DNA from: an uncultured Erysipelotrichaceae bacterium
GTDB lineage: Bacteria; Bacillota_I; Bacilli_A; Erysipelotrichales; Erysipelotrichaceae
Assembly: GCA_934699415.1 (NCBI GenBank)
Contig: CAKUWO010000001.1
Span: 18,947-82,946, forward strand
Reading direction: 5' to 3'
Length of the DNA: 64,000 nt
This document shows positions 8,458 through 17,584 of the stretch, one piece after another (the first letter of the stretch is position 1; every line of letters starts with the position of its first letter). The notes under the pieces were generated by a model. It was given only the letters and a program-made list of their open reading frames with translations, had not been told where the DNA came from and made no database searches. A program made the translations under genes and the position numbers.

Positions 8458-9326
8458 TCCTTAATAATTGCTTCTTCTTCATTTTTTTGACGCCATTCAA
8501 CTTCGAACTGATGACGGAAGAAAGTATATTGTTTCTTTACAAAATGACGAGTATTCAACTTAACTTCTGCTATACATTCATCAAGTGTTTTATCACCTTC
8601 AAAATAACCTCTAACTTCTTTATAACCAATGCCTTGCATCGCTTGATCATCAAAAGTAACGCCACTTGCTAATAATTTTTTAATTTCATCAATTAAACCC
8701 TCTTTCATCATCAAATCAACACGCATATCAATTCTTTGATATAAAGCTTCACGATCCATTGTTAGACAAATAATTTTCGCATCATATAAAAGCTCATGTT
8801 TCTGCTCAGCAATGTGCTTAGAAAAAGGAATGCCTGTTTTAAGCAAGACATTATAAGCTCTTAATAAACGTCGTCGATTATTGATATGAATCTTTTTTAA
8901 AGCCTCAGGATCTTCTTTTTCTAAGATAGCATATAGCTCTTCGTTGCTTAATTCTATAAATTCATCATCTTCATCTTCTTCTTTAGTAAAAACATAGTCA
9001 TATAAGAGGGATCTGATATATAAACCAGTACCACCAACAACAATTGGTAAATGATTAGCTTTAGCAATTTCATTAATTGCTTCCCTACCTTTGTTTTGGA
9101 AATCAGCAACTGAATAAACATCTTTAGCAGACATAATATCGATTAAATGATGTTTAACCATTTCTCTTTCTTCTAAAGTTGCTTTAGCTGAGCCAATATC
9201 TAATCCTTGATATACTTGAATGGAATCACCTGAAATAATTTCACCATTTAATTCCTTTGCTAACTTTAATGATAAATCTGTTTTACCAACACCAGTTGGG
9301 CCAATGATTACAAGTACTTTCTGCAT
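8430..9326 (-). CDS. miaA: tRNA dimethylallyltransferase
   Basis: P-loop GPTGVGKT at the N-terminus. 298 aa with the family-typical layout. Confidence 0.92.
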   Translation of the reverse strand: MQKVLVIIGPTGVGKTDLSLKLAKELNGEIISGDSIQVYQGLDIGSAKATLEEREMVKHHLIDIMSAKDVYSVADFQNKGREAINEIAKANHLPIVVGGTGLYIRSLLYDYVFTKEEDEDDEFIELSNEELYAILEKEDPEALKKIHINNRRRLLRAYNVLLKTGIPFSKHIAEQKHELLYDAKIICLTMDREALYQRIDMRVDLMMKEGLIDEIKKLLASGVTFDDQAMQGIGYKEVRGYFEGDKTLDECIAEVKLNTRHFVKKQYTFFRHQFEVEWRQKNEEEAIIKECQEWLMQN

Positions 9327-9363
9327 AAGATGATTATATAAGAAAAAAGGCCCTTAAGCCTTT

Positions 9364-10029
9364 TTAATATCCATTATCGTAAGCAAAGATATTATAGTTA
9401 TCAAAATAAGTCTCTTCTTTAGCTTCATATAAGACATAATTTGGATTCTTTTCTTCAGTTACTTTTTCAACAGCTTTGATTTCACCTTTAAACCAGGAAC
9501 TGTTATTGAAATTACCAGATAGAATTAAATCGTTGCCCCAACGGCCAAAGAAATCAGTTGCTTTTTCAGAATCAATAACAAATTCAATAACCGAACCATC
9601 AGGATGACTACAACCATTGACAGTATCACTATCAGCCTTTTCTTCAACTTTAACCAAAGGAAGAACAATGCCATTATCTAAAGTGAAATAATAACGATCT
9701 CCAATAACACCATAATATGAGCCTAAAGCTACACCGATAAAGCCATCTTCATCTACTAATAAGCCTGAAGAATCTATATTCATATAATCTCTAATATATT
9801 TATATTGGGTTGAATTTTTAGCAGTAATCGCTTTATAGTCCATATAAGTTTTAACTGAAGAATAAGCACAAACCCCAGCATCTTCACCAAGATATTCTTT
9901 TTGATAATCTTTTAAAGAATCAAGATCATAGCTTGTATCCTCTTTGTCACTAGCTGCAGTTAAAGGCAAAAGCAACAAGAATAAACATAAAATAATCAAT
10001 CTTTTCATCCTCACTACTATAACAAACAA
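9364..10029 (-). CDS. exported hypothetical protein
   Basis: Signal-peptide-like MKRLIILCLFLLLLPLTAAS, so the start is probably ATG 10008 rather than TTG 10029. I can name no diagnostic catalytic motif. Confidence 0.55.
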   Translation of the reverse strand: MFVIVVRMKRLIILCLFLLLLPLTAASDKEDTSYDLDSLKDYQKEYLGEDAGVCAYSSVKTYMDYKAITAKNSTQYKYIRDYMNIDSSGLLVDEDGFIGVALGSYYGVIGDRYYFTLDNGIVLPLVKVEEKADSDTVNGCSHPDGSVIEFVIDSEKATDFFGRWGNDLILSGNFNNSSWFKGEIKAVEKVTEEKNPNYVLYEAKEETYFDNYNIFAYDNGY

Positions 10030-10044
10030 GCTTAATTAATTCAA

Positions 10045-10053
10045 ATTATACCA
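10045..10053 (-). promoter_or_regulatory. extended -10 element for the exported-protein gene
   Basis: Minus strand reads TGGTATAAT. No convincing -35; direct repeats TACGAAAAC/TACGGAAAAC occupy the -35 region. Confidence 0.4.
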
Positions 10054-10158
10054 CCTAAAAATACGAAAACTACGGAAAACTGTTTGTATAGCTTTATCAT
10101 TTAAAAAGGGCCTTAAAAAATTTGTTTTTTTAAAAATCACCTACCTATAATTGTACTG

Positions 10159-10173
10159 TTCGTATTTTACGAA
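10159..10173. promoter_or_regulatory. operator-like palindrome downstream of a TATAAT (10146-10151)
   Basis: TTCGTA-TTT-TACGAA is a perfect inverted repeat. It lies between the -10 and the SD of the NlpC/P60 gene. Confidence 0.35.
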
Positions 10174-10194
10174 TGGTATTAAAAGGAGTTAGGT

Positions 10195-10929
10195 ATGAGC
10201 TTACTATCATGTTCACTTGCTGTACTGCTTAGTGTCCAACCACTTTCAGTAAACACAGTGCAGGCTAGTCAGAATCCGATCGACACCCCACATATCGAAG
10301 TAATTGAAAGCGATCGCACAATCTATGCTGAAGATGATGAAGAAGTAGACACGCTTGTCATCTATCAGGGTGAGGAAAATTTTAAAATATCTGATTACAT
10401 TAAGATAACCTGCGAAAAGGATGACTCCCGTTTAGTAGTTTATGGTGCTTATGACACAAATACTTTAGGGACTTATCCTGTAAAACTGTTTGCTGTTGAC
10501 AAAGATGGTGAAACAGTCTGCCGCGATATCAATATCGAGGTAATCGAAAAACCTAAAAAGGTTAATTACACATCTAAAGAAGTATTGAGATCACTTCACG
10601 AAAATGGCACCGTTACTGGTGGAGACGCCTATAGTCTCGCTCTTGATTTTGTTGGAATGAGCGGTGATTGCGCTACTGTCGCAAATGCCTTCTTAAGAGC
10701 TTATTTTGGAAATGATGCTAATATTTCTGATGTCTATGAGGTAGATGCAACTGAGGCAAAACCTGGTGATATTCTCTTTTACGATAATGGCGGCTTGGGA
10801 ATCCAACACTATGGTATCTATCTTGGTGGGGGAAACGCCCTTCAGGGCAATTTCGAAGGAACAGCAAAAATCAAAGGTGTATATCTTAAAAATGCCTCTG
10901 AGCCACACTTTCTTCGCTACAATGGTTAA
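10195..10929 (+). CDS. secreted NlpC/P60-family cysteine peptidase with N-terminal Ig-like domain
   Basis: Signal sequence present. Catalytic Cys context SGDCATVANAF and His context GIQHYGIYLGGGNALQGN. N-terminal segment YGAYDTNTLGTYPVKLFAVDKDGE resembles bacterial Ig-like (DUF5011-type) domains. Confidence 0.6.
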   Translation: MSLLSCSLAVLLSVQPLSVNTVQASQNPIDTPHIEVIESDRTIYAEDDEEVDTLVIYQGEENFKISDYIKITCEKDDSRLVVYGAYDTNTLGTYPVKLFAVDKDGETVCRDINIEVIEKPKKVNYTSKEVLRSLHENGTVTGGDAYSLALDFVGMSGDCATVANAFLRAYFGNDANISDVYEVDATEAKPGDILFYDNGGLGIQHYGIYLGGGNALQGNFEGTAKIKGVYLKNASEPHFLRYNG

Positions 10930-10935
10930 TAAAAA

Positions 10936-10961
10936 ATAAGGCTTAACAGCCTTATTTTTTA
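10936..10961 (+). terminator. rho-independent terminator
   Basis: Stem ATAAGGCT/AGCCTTAT followed by T6. Confidence 0.7.
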
Positions 10962-10997
10962 TGTTAGACTGAGTATTGTATATAAGGAGAATAGCAA

Positions 10998-12635
10998 ATG
11001 AGCTTTCAAGATATTAATTGGAGCATGGCTATAGCCGGTCTTGGCCTGTTTCTGTTTGGTATATCCTTAATGGGGGACGGGTTAAAATCTCTGGCCGGTG
11101 ATAAATTAAGAGATTACATCGACAAGTACACTTCTTCTCCTATTAAAGGGGTATTAGTTGGTGCTATTATGACTGCCATTATCCAGTCTTCTGGTGCAAC
11201 AACCGTTATTACAATCAGCTTTGTTCGTGCTGGTCTTATGACTTTAGAACAAGCTGCTGGTATTATTATCGGCGCTAACATCGGTACAACCATAACCGCT
11301 TTCTTAATTGGACTTAATTTCTCAGCAATTAGTGTTTATTTCATTCTTATCGGTTCGATGTTGTTATTATTCTCATCAAGAAGAAAACTGCAAGATTTAA
11401 GCCGTGTACTGGTCGGTATTGGCTTATTATTCTTCGGTATTAAACTGATGGGCGATAATCTGGTCAATTTAAAATATGTACCAGAATTTAGACATTTCGC
11501 TGAACTTTGTGCTTTAAATCCAATTATTGGTTTACTTGGTGGTGTTGTTTTAACATTCTGTATGCAATCATCAAGTGCTGCAATTGGTTTAATCCAGGTT
11601 ATTTATGAATCTGGTGCTATTACTTTCGATGCTGTTATTCCATTCTTATTTGGTTCAAACGTTGGAACCTGCCTTACCGCTGTTATTGCTTCTCTTGGTG
11701 GTAACGCTTCATCAAAAAGAGCTGCAACATTGCATTTAACATTTAACGTTTTAGGCTCAATACTTGGAATGATAGCTTTAAAACCATTATGTTCATTCAT
11801 TTATTACTTAACTTCTACATTTGCTATCTCGCCAATGATGCAAATTGCCTTTGTGCATATTATCTTTAACTTTACAACCGCAATTTTAATTCTTCCATTT
11901 GTAGATCGTCTTTGCGCTTTAGTACGTAAGATGATTAAAGGTGAAGAGCCAAAACAAAGAAAACTTAATATCGAAGATCTTAATGTTGAATCATATCCAA
12001 TTCCTGCTGCAGCTTTAAATGTTGCTTATCAAACAATCTTACAACTTGGCGATATCGTTTTAACAAATGTCAAAGAATCAGAAGCTTACTTCTTAAGCAA
12101 AAAAGAAGATAGTGACTTATTTGATGGTATCAAGAGCAATGAAGCTGTTATCAACAAAGTAGTACATACTGTAACATTCTTCTTAACCAATATGCCAATG
12201 GATAAGATGAGCAATGAGAGTTTAAAAACGAACTCTTTATATCTTGAAGTTGCTAATAATCTTGAAAGAATTGGCGACCTTTGCATGAATATGGCCGAAT
12301 TTGCACAATTAATTTATGAATCTAAAGGCTTATTCTCAAACGAAGCATTAAATGAAATAACAGAAATGTATGCTGTCTTCTATGAAATGTATGATGACGT
12401 CTTTGCATATCTTGAAGATCATAATCTCCACCACTACTCAAAATTAATGGTTAAAGAATCAACAATGGATAGTATGGAATATCGCTTCCGTCAAAACCAT
12501 TTCAAACGTTTAGCAGATAAAACAACAGCTACTCCTATCGCTAGCAGTATCTATGTTGATGTTTTAGGCACAATCGAGAGAATGGGTGATCATTGTTGCA
12601 ATATCTCAAGATCCACATTTGAAGCATTCTCATAA
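10998..12635 (+). CDS. Na+/phosphate cotransporter family protein with PhoU-like C-terminal repeats
   Basis: 545 aa. Duplicated GANIGTT / GSNVGTC transporter motifs. The C-terminal half contains two LERIGD/IERMGDH PhoU-like motifs. Confidence 0.85.
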   Translation: MSFQDINWSMAIAGLGLFLFGISLMGDGLKSLAGDKLRDYIDKYTSSPIKGVLVGAIMTAIIQSSGATTVITISFVRAGLMTLEQAAGIIIGANIGTTITAFLIGLNFSAISVYFILIGSMLLLFSSRRKLQDLSRVLVGIGLLFFGIKLMGDNLVNLKYVPEFRHFAELCALNPIIGLLGGVVLTFCMQSSSAAIGLIQVIYESGAITFDAVIPFLFGSNVGTCLTAVIASLGGNASSKRAATLHLTFNVLGSILGMIALKPLCSFIYYLTSTFAISPMMQIAFVHIIFNFTTAILILPFVDRLCALVRKMIKGEEPKQRKLNIEDLNVESYPIPAAALNVAYQTILQLGDIVLTNVKESEAYFLSKKEDSDLFDGIKSNEAVINKVVHTVTFFLTNMPMDKMSNESLKTNSLYLEVANNLERIGDLCMNMAEFAQLIYESKGLFSNEALNEITEMYAVFYEMYDDVFAYLEDHNLHHYSKLMVKESTMDSMEYRFRQNHFKRLADKTTATPIASSIYVDVLGTIERMGDHCCNISRSTFEAFS

Positions 12636-12656
12636 GAGGGTTAAACCCTCTTTTTT
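12635..12656 (+). terminator. rho-independent terminator
   Basis: Stem AGAGGG/CCCTCT followed by T6. Confidence 0.65.
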
Positions 12657-12738
12657 ATATTTAAAGCCTATTTTAATCATCTTCTTAAGATATTAAAAAA
12701 TAAATAAAAAACTTTTTTAAATATTTTTTAAAAAAGTG

Positions 12739-12767
12739 TTGACATACCCTATGGTATTTTGTATTAT
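12739..12767 (+). promoter_or_regulatory. promoter of the tRNA-Ile/tRNA-Ala pair
   Basis: TTGACA (12739-12744), 17-nt spacer, TATTAT (12762-12767). Confidence 0.6.
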
Positions 12768-12809
12768 AAATAAGCGTTCGATGGAACTGCTTAAGAAAGC
12801 AGTTGATAT

Positions 12810-12886
<77 letters not shown>

Positions 12887-12903
12887 TCGAATTTATATAT
12901 ATT

Positions 12904-12979
12904 GGGGTATTAGCTCAGCTGGGAGAGCACCTGCTTTGCAAGCAGGGGGTCAGCGGTTCGATTCCGCTATGCTCCACCA
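12904..12979 (+). tRNA. tRNA-Ala (anticodon TGC)
   Basis: GGGGTAT..ATGCTCC-A-CCA with the G3-U70 identity pair. Anticodon loop TTTGCAA. Confidence 0.92.
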
Positions 12980-12990
12980 ATTAAAAACAT

Positions 12991-13017
12991 AAGCTCGTAA
13001 ATAACGAGCTTTTTTTA
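12991..13017 (+). terminator. rho-independent terminator after tRNA-Ala
   Basis: Stem AAGCTCGT/ACGAGCTT followed by T7. It could also serve the convergent minus-strand operon. Confidence 0.7.
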
Positions 13018-13052
13018 TATTTAAAAATACAAGAATAAAAAATGAAGTATTT

Positions 13053-13946
13053 CTACTCCATTTCATATAATCTAATAAATTCATCTTCATCAGCAATCTT
13101 TAAAGGCGAACCATTCTCAATTAATAATTCAGCTTTCTTATAACGTAAAGATTTACCACCAGTGCCACCTATAAATAAATAATCGGTTGTATAGCTAATA
13201 CTACCCACTAAAATCGCTCCTTTTTCTAAAGCCATCTTTTCAGCTTCTGCTTTAGAAAAGTGTCTAAAAATGCCTGAAAATGACACTTTCTTGCCATATA
13301 AGATATGATTTGGATTGAATGTGTAATTTACTTTCTCTTTTGGCCTATGAAACATTCCCATTCTTAAAGCCGTTTCTTGAAATAATAATGGGTCTTTAAT
13401 CTCTTTTAATAAACAATCATATACTTCTTTAGTTGCTATACAGTCTGATAAAGCACGATGAGCTTGTTTATTATCAATATCATAATATTCACATAAATTA
13501 CTTAATCTATGATGAGCTAAGTTAGGTAATAATACTCTTGAAAAAGATAAAGTATCTAAATAATCATTCTGTGGTGCTTCTTTATGAAAACGCATAGTAG
13601 TTGAAAGAAGAAAAGATAAGTCAAAGGCTACATTTTGTCCAAGCACAACATCATCACCTAACCAATTAAGAAATTTATCTAATGCTTCTTCTTCATCAAC
13701 ACCTTTTTTATTTAATAATTCATCATCAATCTTTGTTAATTCAACAATAAAAGGATTTAACTTATCTTCAATCTTTACAAAGCAATCATAGCTTTCAATA
13801 ATTTGATGATTCCTTACTCTAACAGCACCATATTCTATAATATGATCTTCGCTAGGATTTAAACCGGTGGTTTCAAAATCAAGGGCAACATAATCCCCTA
13901 ATTCCTCAAATCTTTCTTTTCCAGGATATAACCAGAAAGGATTCAT
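13053..13946 (-). CDS. DEDDh 3'-5' exonuclease (DnaQ/PolIII epsilon-like) fused to a C-terminal BRCT domain
   Basis: ExoI ALDFETTGL, ExoII GQNVAFDLSFL, ExoIII HRALSDC. C-terminal GKKVSFSGIF...TDYLFIG matches the LigA-type BRCT pattern. Confidence 0.8.
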   Translation of the reverse strand: MNPFWLYPGKERFEELGDYVALDFETTGLNPSEDHIIEYGAVRVRNHQIIESYDCFVKIEDKLNPFIVELTKIDDELLNKKGVDEEEALDKFLNWLGDDVVLGQNVAFDLSFLLSTTMRFHKEAPQNDYLDTLSFSRVLLPNLAHHRLSNLCEYYDIDNKQAHRALSDCIATKEVYDCLLKEIKDPLLFQETALRMGMFHRPKEKVNYTFNPNHILYGKKVSFSGIFRHFSKAEAEKMALEKGAILVGSISYTTDYLFIGGTGGKSLRYKKAELLIENGSPLKIADEDEFIRLYEME

Positions 13947-14761
13947 TCTTTCTCCTTTGCAACATAAGCACGATAAAGATCGTTTTTAGTAAAAGAACTC
14001 TTTTCAGCAATAATCTTGCATGCTTCTTTTAAACTCATGTCATTATTCATTAATTCTTCTACTTGTTTTAAAAGAATATCAATATCTTCTTTATTTTCTT
14101 TTTTATAGCCTTCAATCATCAAGACAATTTCACCACGATATTCTTGCTCTGCAAGATATGACAATGTACCTCTTTTCTTTTCTTCGTGAAGTTTAGTTAA
14201 TTCTCTTGCTACAACCGCATTACGGTCATTTAAAACTTCTTTGCAAAGATTTAAAGTTCTAATAATACGATGCGGTGCTTCATAAAAGATAAGGGTATAA
14301 GGTATCTCTTTAAGCTCTTCTAATTGTTTTCTTGCATCACTATCTTTAGAAGATAAAAAACCATAATAAAGATAATGGGTGGTATCTAATCCTGATGCTA
14401 CTAAAGCTGTTAAAGCAGCATTAGGACCAGGCAAGGCAATAACTTCATGACCTTTTTCAATCGCTTTTGTAACAATACTATAACCAGGATCTGAAATAAG
14501 TGGATATCCAGCATCTGATATTACTGCTACTGTTTTACTATCATCTAATAAAGCTAATAAGCCTTTAGAACTTTCTTCTTCATTGAAGTTATGATAACTA
14601 ACAGTATGATTATGAATATCAAAATGTTCTAAAAGTGGTCTTGATGTTCTGGTGTCTTCACATGCAATCACATCAGCTTCTTTTAATGTTGCAATAGCTC
14701 GTGGAGAAAAATCCTGAAGATTACCAATTGGTGTTGGCACAAGATATAGCTTACTGCTCAT
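13943..14761 (-). CDS. rsmI: 16S rRNA (cytidine1402-2'-O)-methyltransferase
   Basis: N-terminal LYLVPTPIGNLQDFSPRA signature. 272 aa. Conserved context after ricT. Confidence 0.9.
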   Translation of the reverse strand: MSSKLYLVPTPIGNLQDFSPRAIATLKEADVIACEDTRTSRPLLEHFDIHNHTVSYHNFNEEESSKGLLALLDDSKTVAVISDAGYPLISDPGYSIVTKAIEKGHEVIALPGPNAALTALVASGLDTTHYLYYGFLSSKDSDARKQLEELKEIPYTLIFYEAPHRIIRTLNLCKEVLNDRNAVVARELTKLHEEKKRGTLSYLAEQEYRGEIVLMIEGYKKENKEDIDILLKQVEELMNNDMSLKEACKIIAEKSSFTKNDLYRAYVAKEKE

Positions 14762-15611
14762 CTTTTTCCTCTTTCACTATTTCTTTATTTTCAACTTTTT
14801 TAAAACTGCCCTTTTCAAGTAATTCATCAAGTGTTAAATAAAGCGCATGATTACGATTTTCAATCTTGCAACTACGATCTAAAACATTCATTGAAGTAAT
14901 ATGAAACATTTCACCATTAAATTCAACACGTGCTCCAAGTTTAGGTAAACCTTCTCTAAGCTCTTTATATGCTTCTTCTTCAAAGCGTAAGCAACACATC
15001 AATGCTCCACAATGCCCAGATAATTTCTGCACATTTAAAGCTAATAATTGATTTTTAGCCATGTTGATGGAGATTCTCTCAAACTCATTCATAAATCCCT
15101 TGCAACATAACTCTCTACCACATACTCCAATACCACCAACCATCTTAGCTTTATCACGTGCTCCTACCTGACGTAAATCAATACGACAATGAAAATGATT
15201 GGCTAATACTTTTAATAATTCGCGGAAATCAACACGATTATCTGATAAATAAGTTAAGGTAATCTTAGCTTCATCTAATGTATATTCAGCTGAAATAAAA
15301 TTCATTTTTAAATCTAGTTTATCGGCTTCTTTTTGAGCAAATCTTCTTGATTCTTTAGCTTTTTCAATAAGTTCTTTTTCTTTAGCTAAATCTTCTTGTG
15401 TCGCCAAACGAATAACGGGCTTAATTTCAAATCCTTCTGCTAAACCACTGCTACTATTAGCCTCACCTGTTACTTGTCCTATTTCTAAGCCTCTTTTAGT
15501 TTCTACTACCACACTATCGTGAGGATGGGCCATAAAACCACTTATTGAGAATGTATAAGTTTTAGAACCTGTTCTAAAACGGACAGGTACATATAATAAA
15601 CTATCGCTCAT
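14751..15611 (-). CDS. ricT: PSP1-domain protein RicT/YaaT
   Basis: 286 aa. Cys-rich PSP1 core (GVCGRELCC, SGHCGALMCCLRFE). Conserved holB-yaaT synteny. Confidence 0.85.
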   Translation of the reverse strand: MSDSLLYVPVRFRTGSKTYTFSISGFMAHPHDSVVVETKRGLEIGQVTGEANSSSGLAEGFEIKPVIRLATQEDLAKEKELIEKAKESRRFAQKEADKLDLKMNFISAEYTLDEAKITLTYLSDNRVDFRELLKVLANHFHCRIDLRQVGARDKAKMVGGIGVCGRELCCKGFMNEFERISINMAKNQLLALNVQKLSGHCGALMCCLRFEEEAYKELREGLPKLGARVEFNGEMFHITSMNVLDRSCKIENRNHALYLTLDELLEKGSFKKVENKEIVKEEKDEQ

Positions 15612-16566
15612 TGTTTTCTCCTTTCTTATTTAATTCATATATAAATCTACCAAGTAATAATTTACTATCATAACCTTTTACTTGTCTTGTTACAGTCTCT
15701 ATTTCCTTTAAAGCCTTAAATAAGCGCAAATAATCTTTATTTTTTAGTTTAAGAGCTTTGTTTTTAATAATTGACGCTTCTTCATCATATAGAGCTGAAA
15801 TTGTTTCTAAAGCCATAACAATATAAGAAGTAAAAACCTTTTTAGGTTCTATCTTAGTACTTTTAAAACCTTCTCTAATAAGCTCTTTTTCAATATAGAG
15901 AGCTAATTCTTCATAGTCTTTAACTTCTAATGTTTGATTTAAAAAATCTAAAGCTAATAAATAGTTAGGATCATTTAAGTCTGTTTTAAGATAAAGCCCA
16001 TTAATCTTAGCTAAATAATAAGCATCTTCTTCATCAAAACCATCTTCTAGATATTGCGAAATAATTTGTTTAAGCTCATTTTCTAAAAAAGGCACTCTTT
16101 CACATCTTGATACAACTGTTTCAAGTAATGTCTCAATATGATCAGTGATTAAAATACCATAGGTATTATCACCTGGAGTCTCTTCGATAAACTTTAATAA
16201 GGTATTTAAGACTTTAGCTGAGGAATTTTCAACTTTATCAATTAGATAAACTCTTCTTCCACCCTTTTCTAAAGCTGTTTTTTGTAACTCTTTTAATAAC
16301 TTTTCAATATCTTCAGCTTTGATGCTTTCTTCCTGCCCACTCAAAGTAAGAAAATCAGGGCAACCACCATTAAGCATACGTCTATAGAAATCATCTTCTA
16401 CTTCAACATAATTAGACTTATTTTGCAGTATTGAGTAGGCAAAATGATAAGCGCTCTCTTTCTTTAATGAACTTTCATTACCATAGAAGAGATAGACTTG
16501 CGATAATTTATTATTTCTTAAGGCATTATCTAAAAGAGTATAGGCTACACTATCCTTATCGAGCAT
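15601..16566 (-). CDS. holB: DNA polymerase III delta' subunit
   Basis: 321 aa. Degenerate AAA+ clamp-loader layout (YLFYG, VSRC sensor region). tmk-holB synteny. Confidence 0.8.
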   Translation of the reverse strand: MLDKDSVAYTLLDNALRNNKLSQVYLFYGNESSLKKESAYHFAYSILQNKSNYVEVEDDFYRRMLNGGCPDFLTLSGQEESIKAEDIEKLLKELQKTALEKGGRRVYLIDKVENSSAKVLNTLLKFIEETPGDNTYGILITDHIETLLETVVSRCERVPFLENELKQIISQYLEDGFDEEDAYYLAKINGLYLKTDLNDPNYLLALDFLNQTLEVKDYEELALYIEKELIREGFKSTKIEPKKVFTSYIVMALETISALYDEEASIIKNKALKLKNKDYLRLFKALKEIETVTRQVKGYDSKLLLGRFIYELNKKGENNER

Positions 16567-17188
16567 CCTTTAAAAACCTTTCAAGTTCATTTAAACAATC
16601 ATTCAAGACTGTTTCTTTATCATTTGAAGCATCTATTACTACAATACGATCCTTAAATTGTTTAATAATTTCTTCATATCCTTCTCTTACTCTAGTATGG
16701 AAAGATAAAGCTTCACTATCTAAGCGATCTTTAAAAGGACGATCTGCAATTCTTTTAAGACCTTCTTCTTCATCAATTGATAAATATAAAGTGATATCGG
16801 GCATTGTACCTTCAATCGCAAAGCGATTAATCGCTAAAACTTCTAAAGCACCAATTTGTCTACCATATCCCTGATATGCAAGAGATGAGTCTAAGAAACG
16901 TTCACATAAAACAATTTCGCCTTTTTCTAAAGCCGGTATAACCTTTTCGACTAAGTGTTGTCTTCTGGATGCAGCATATAATAAAGCCTCAGTTCTAGCA
17001 TCCATTGCTGTATTTAAAGGATCTAAAATAATATCACGAATCTTTTCCGCGATTCTAACTCCTCCTGGCTCTCTTGTATGAACTACGGTATAACCTCTAT
17101 TTTCTAATTCATTTTTTAAAAGTGTTGCAATGGTTGTTTTACCTGAACCATCTGGTCCTTCAAGTGTAATAAATATTCCTTTTTTCAT
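16556..17188 (-). CDS. tmk: thymidylate kinase
   Basis: P-loop FITLEGPDGSGKTT. 210 aa. Confidence 0.93.
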   Translation of the reverse strand: MKKGIFITLEGPDGSGKTTIATLLKNELENRGYTVVHTREPGGVRIAEKIRDIILDPLNTAMDARTEALLYAASRRQHLVEKVIPALEKGEIVLCERFLDSSLAYQGYGRQIGALEVLAINRFAIEGTMPDITLYLSIDEEEGLKRIADRPFKDRLDSEALSFHTRVREGYEEIIKQFKDRIVVIDASNDKETVLNDCLNELERFLKDAR

Positions 17189-17189
17189 C

Positions 17190-17474
17190 TTAACTCGCCT
17201 TCTTTACTTTAAAAGCCTGTTCTAAAGCTTTTAAAACATCTTCTTTTATCTTTTCAAATTCTTCTTCGCTAATATCTTTAAATTCACCTACAACACGAAT
17301 ACCAGCTTCAACTTTCGGATTTTTAAAAGTTTGATAGATGCTATTCATATTTTCAAATGTATCAAGATCTACTAAGGCAAAAAGTTCCTCTTTACCACTG
17401 GTTAAAAGAGCACATTTTTCATCTTTCAAGATATCTTTTAAGCCTTCAAATTGCTGTATATCAATTCTTTTCAT
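17190..17474 (-). CDS. small acidic hypothetical protein (weak Phd/YefM-like N-terminal pattern)
   Basis: 94-aa ORF, first gene of the tmk operon, stopping 1 nt before the tmk start. No diagnostic motif. Confidence 0.5.
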   Translation of the reverse strand: MKRIDIQQFEGLKDILKDEKCALLTSGKEELFALVDLDTFENMNSIYQTFKNPKVEAGIRVVGEFKDISEEEFEKIKEDVLKALEQAFKVKKAS

Positions 17475-17584
17475 GGTCTAATTATACATCAATAATCTAT
17501 TTTACCCGCTAATGGCTTGTATTTCTTTGAGAAATAAATAGTATTTAATGTTAGAATACATTGATAGAACAATTAGGGAGACTT

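Noticed and set aside
16431-16874. ORFs of 60-147 aa on the strand opposite to long conserved genes. Examples: 544-726, 820-1038, 1267-1485, 2342-2698, 3386-3658, 16431-16874, 24097-24474, 25561-25788, 47092-47496, 48473-48808, 49741-50037.
   Set aside because: Each lies fully inside a confidently identified gene on the other strand. They have low-complexity or biased composition and no SD. They are shadow ORFs produced by codon bias.
17190-17474. Type II toxin-antitoxin pair at the head of the tmk operon.
   Set aside because: No toxin-sized ORF lies adjacent on either side, and the downstream gene is tmk. Only an orphan antitoxin-like pattern can be claimed.
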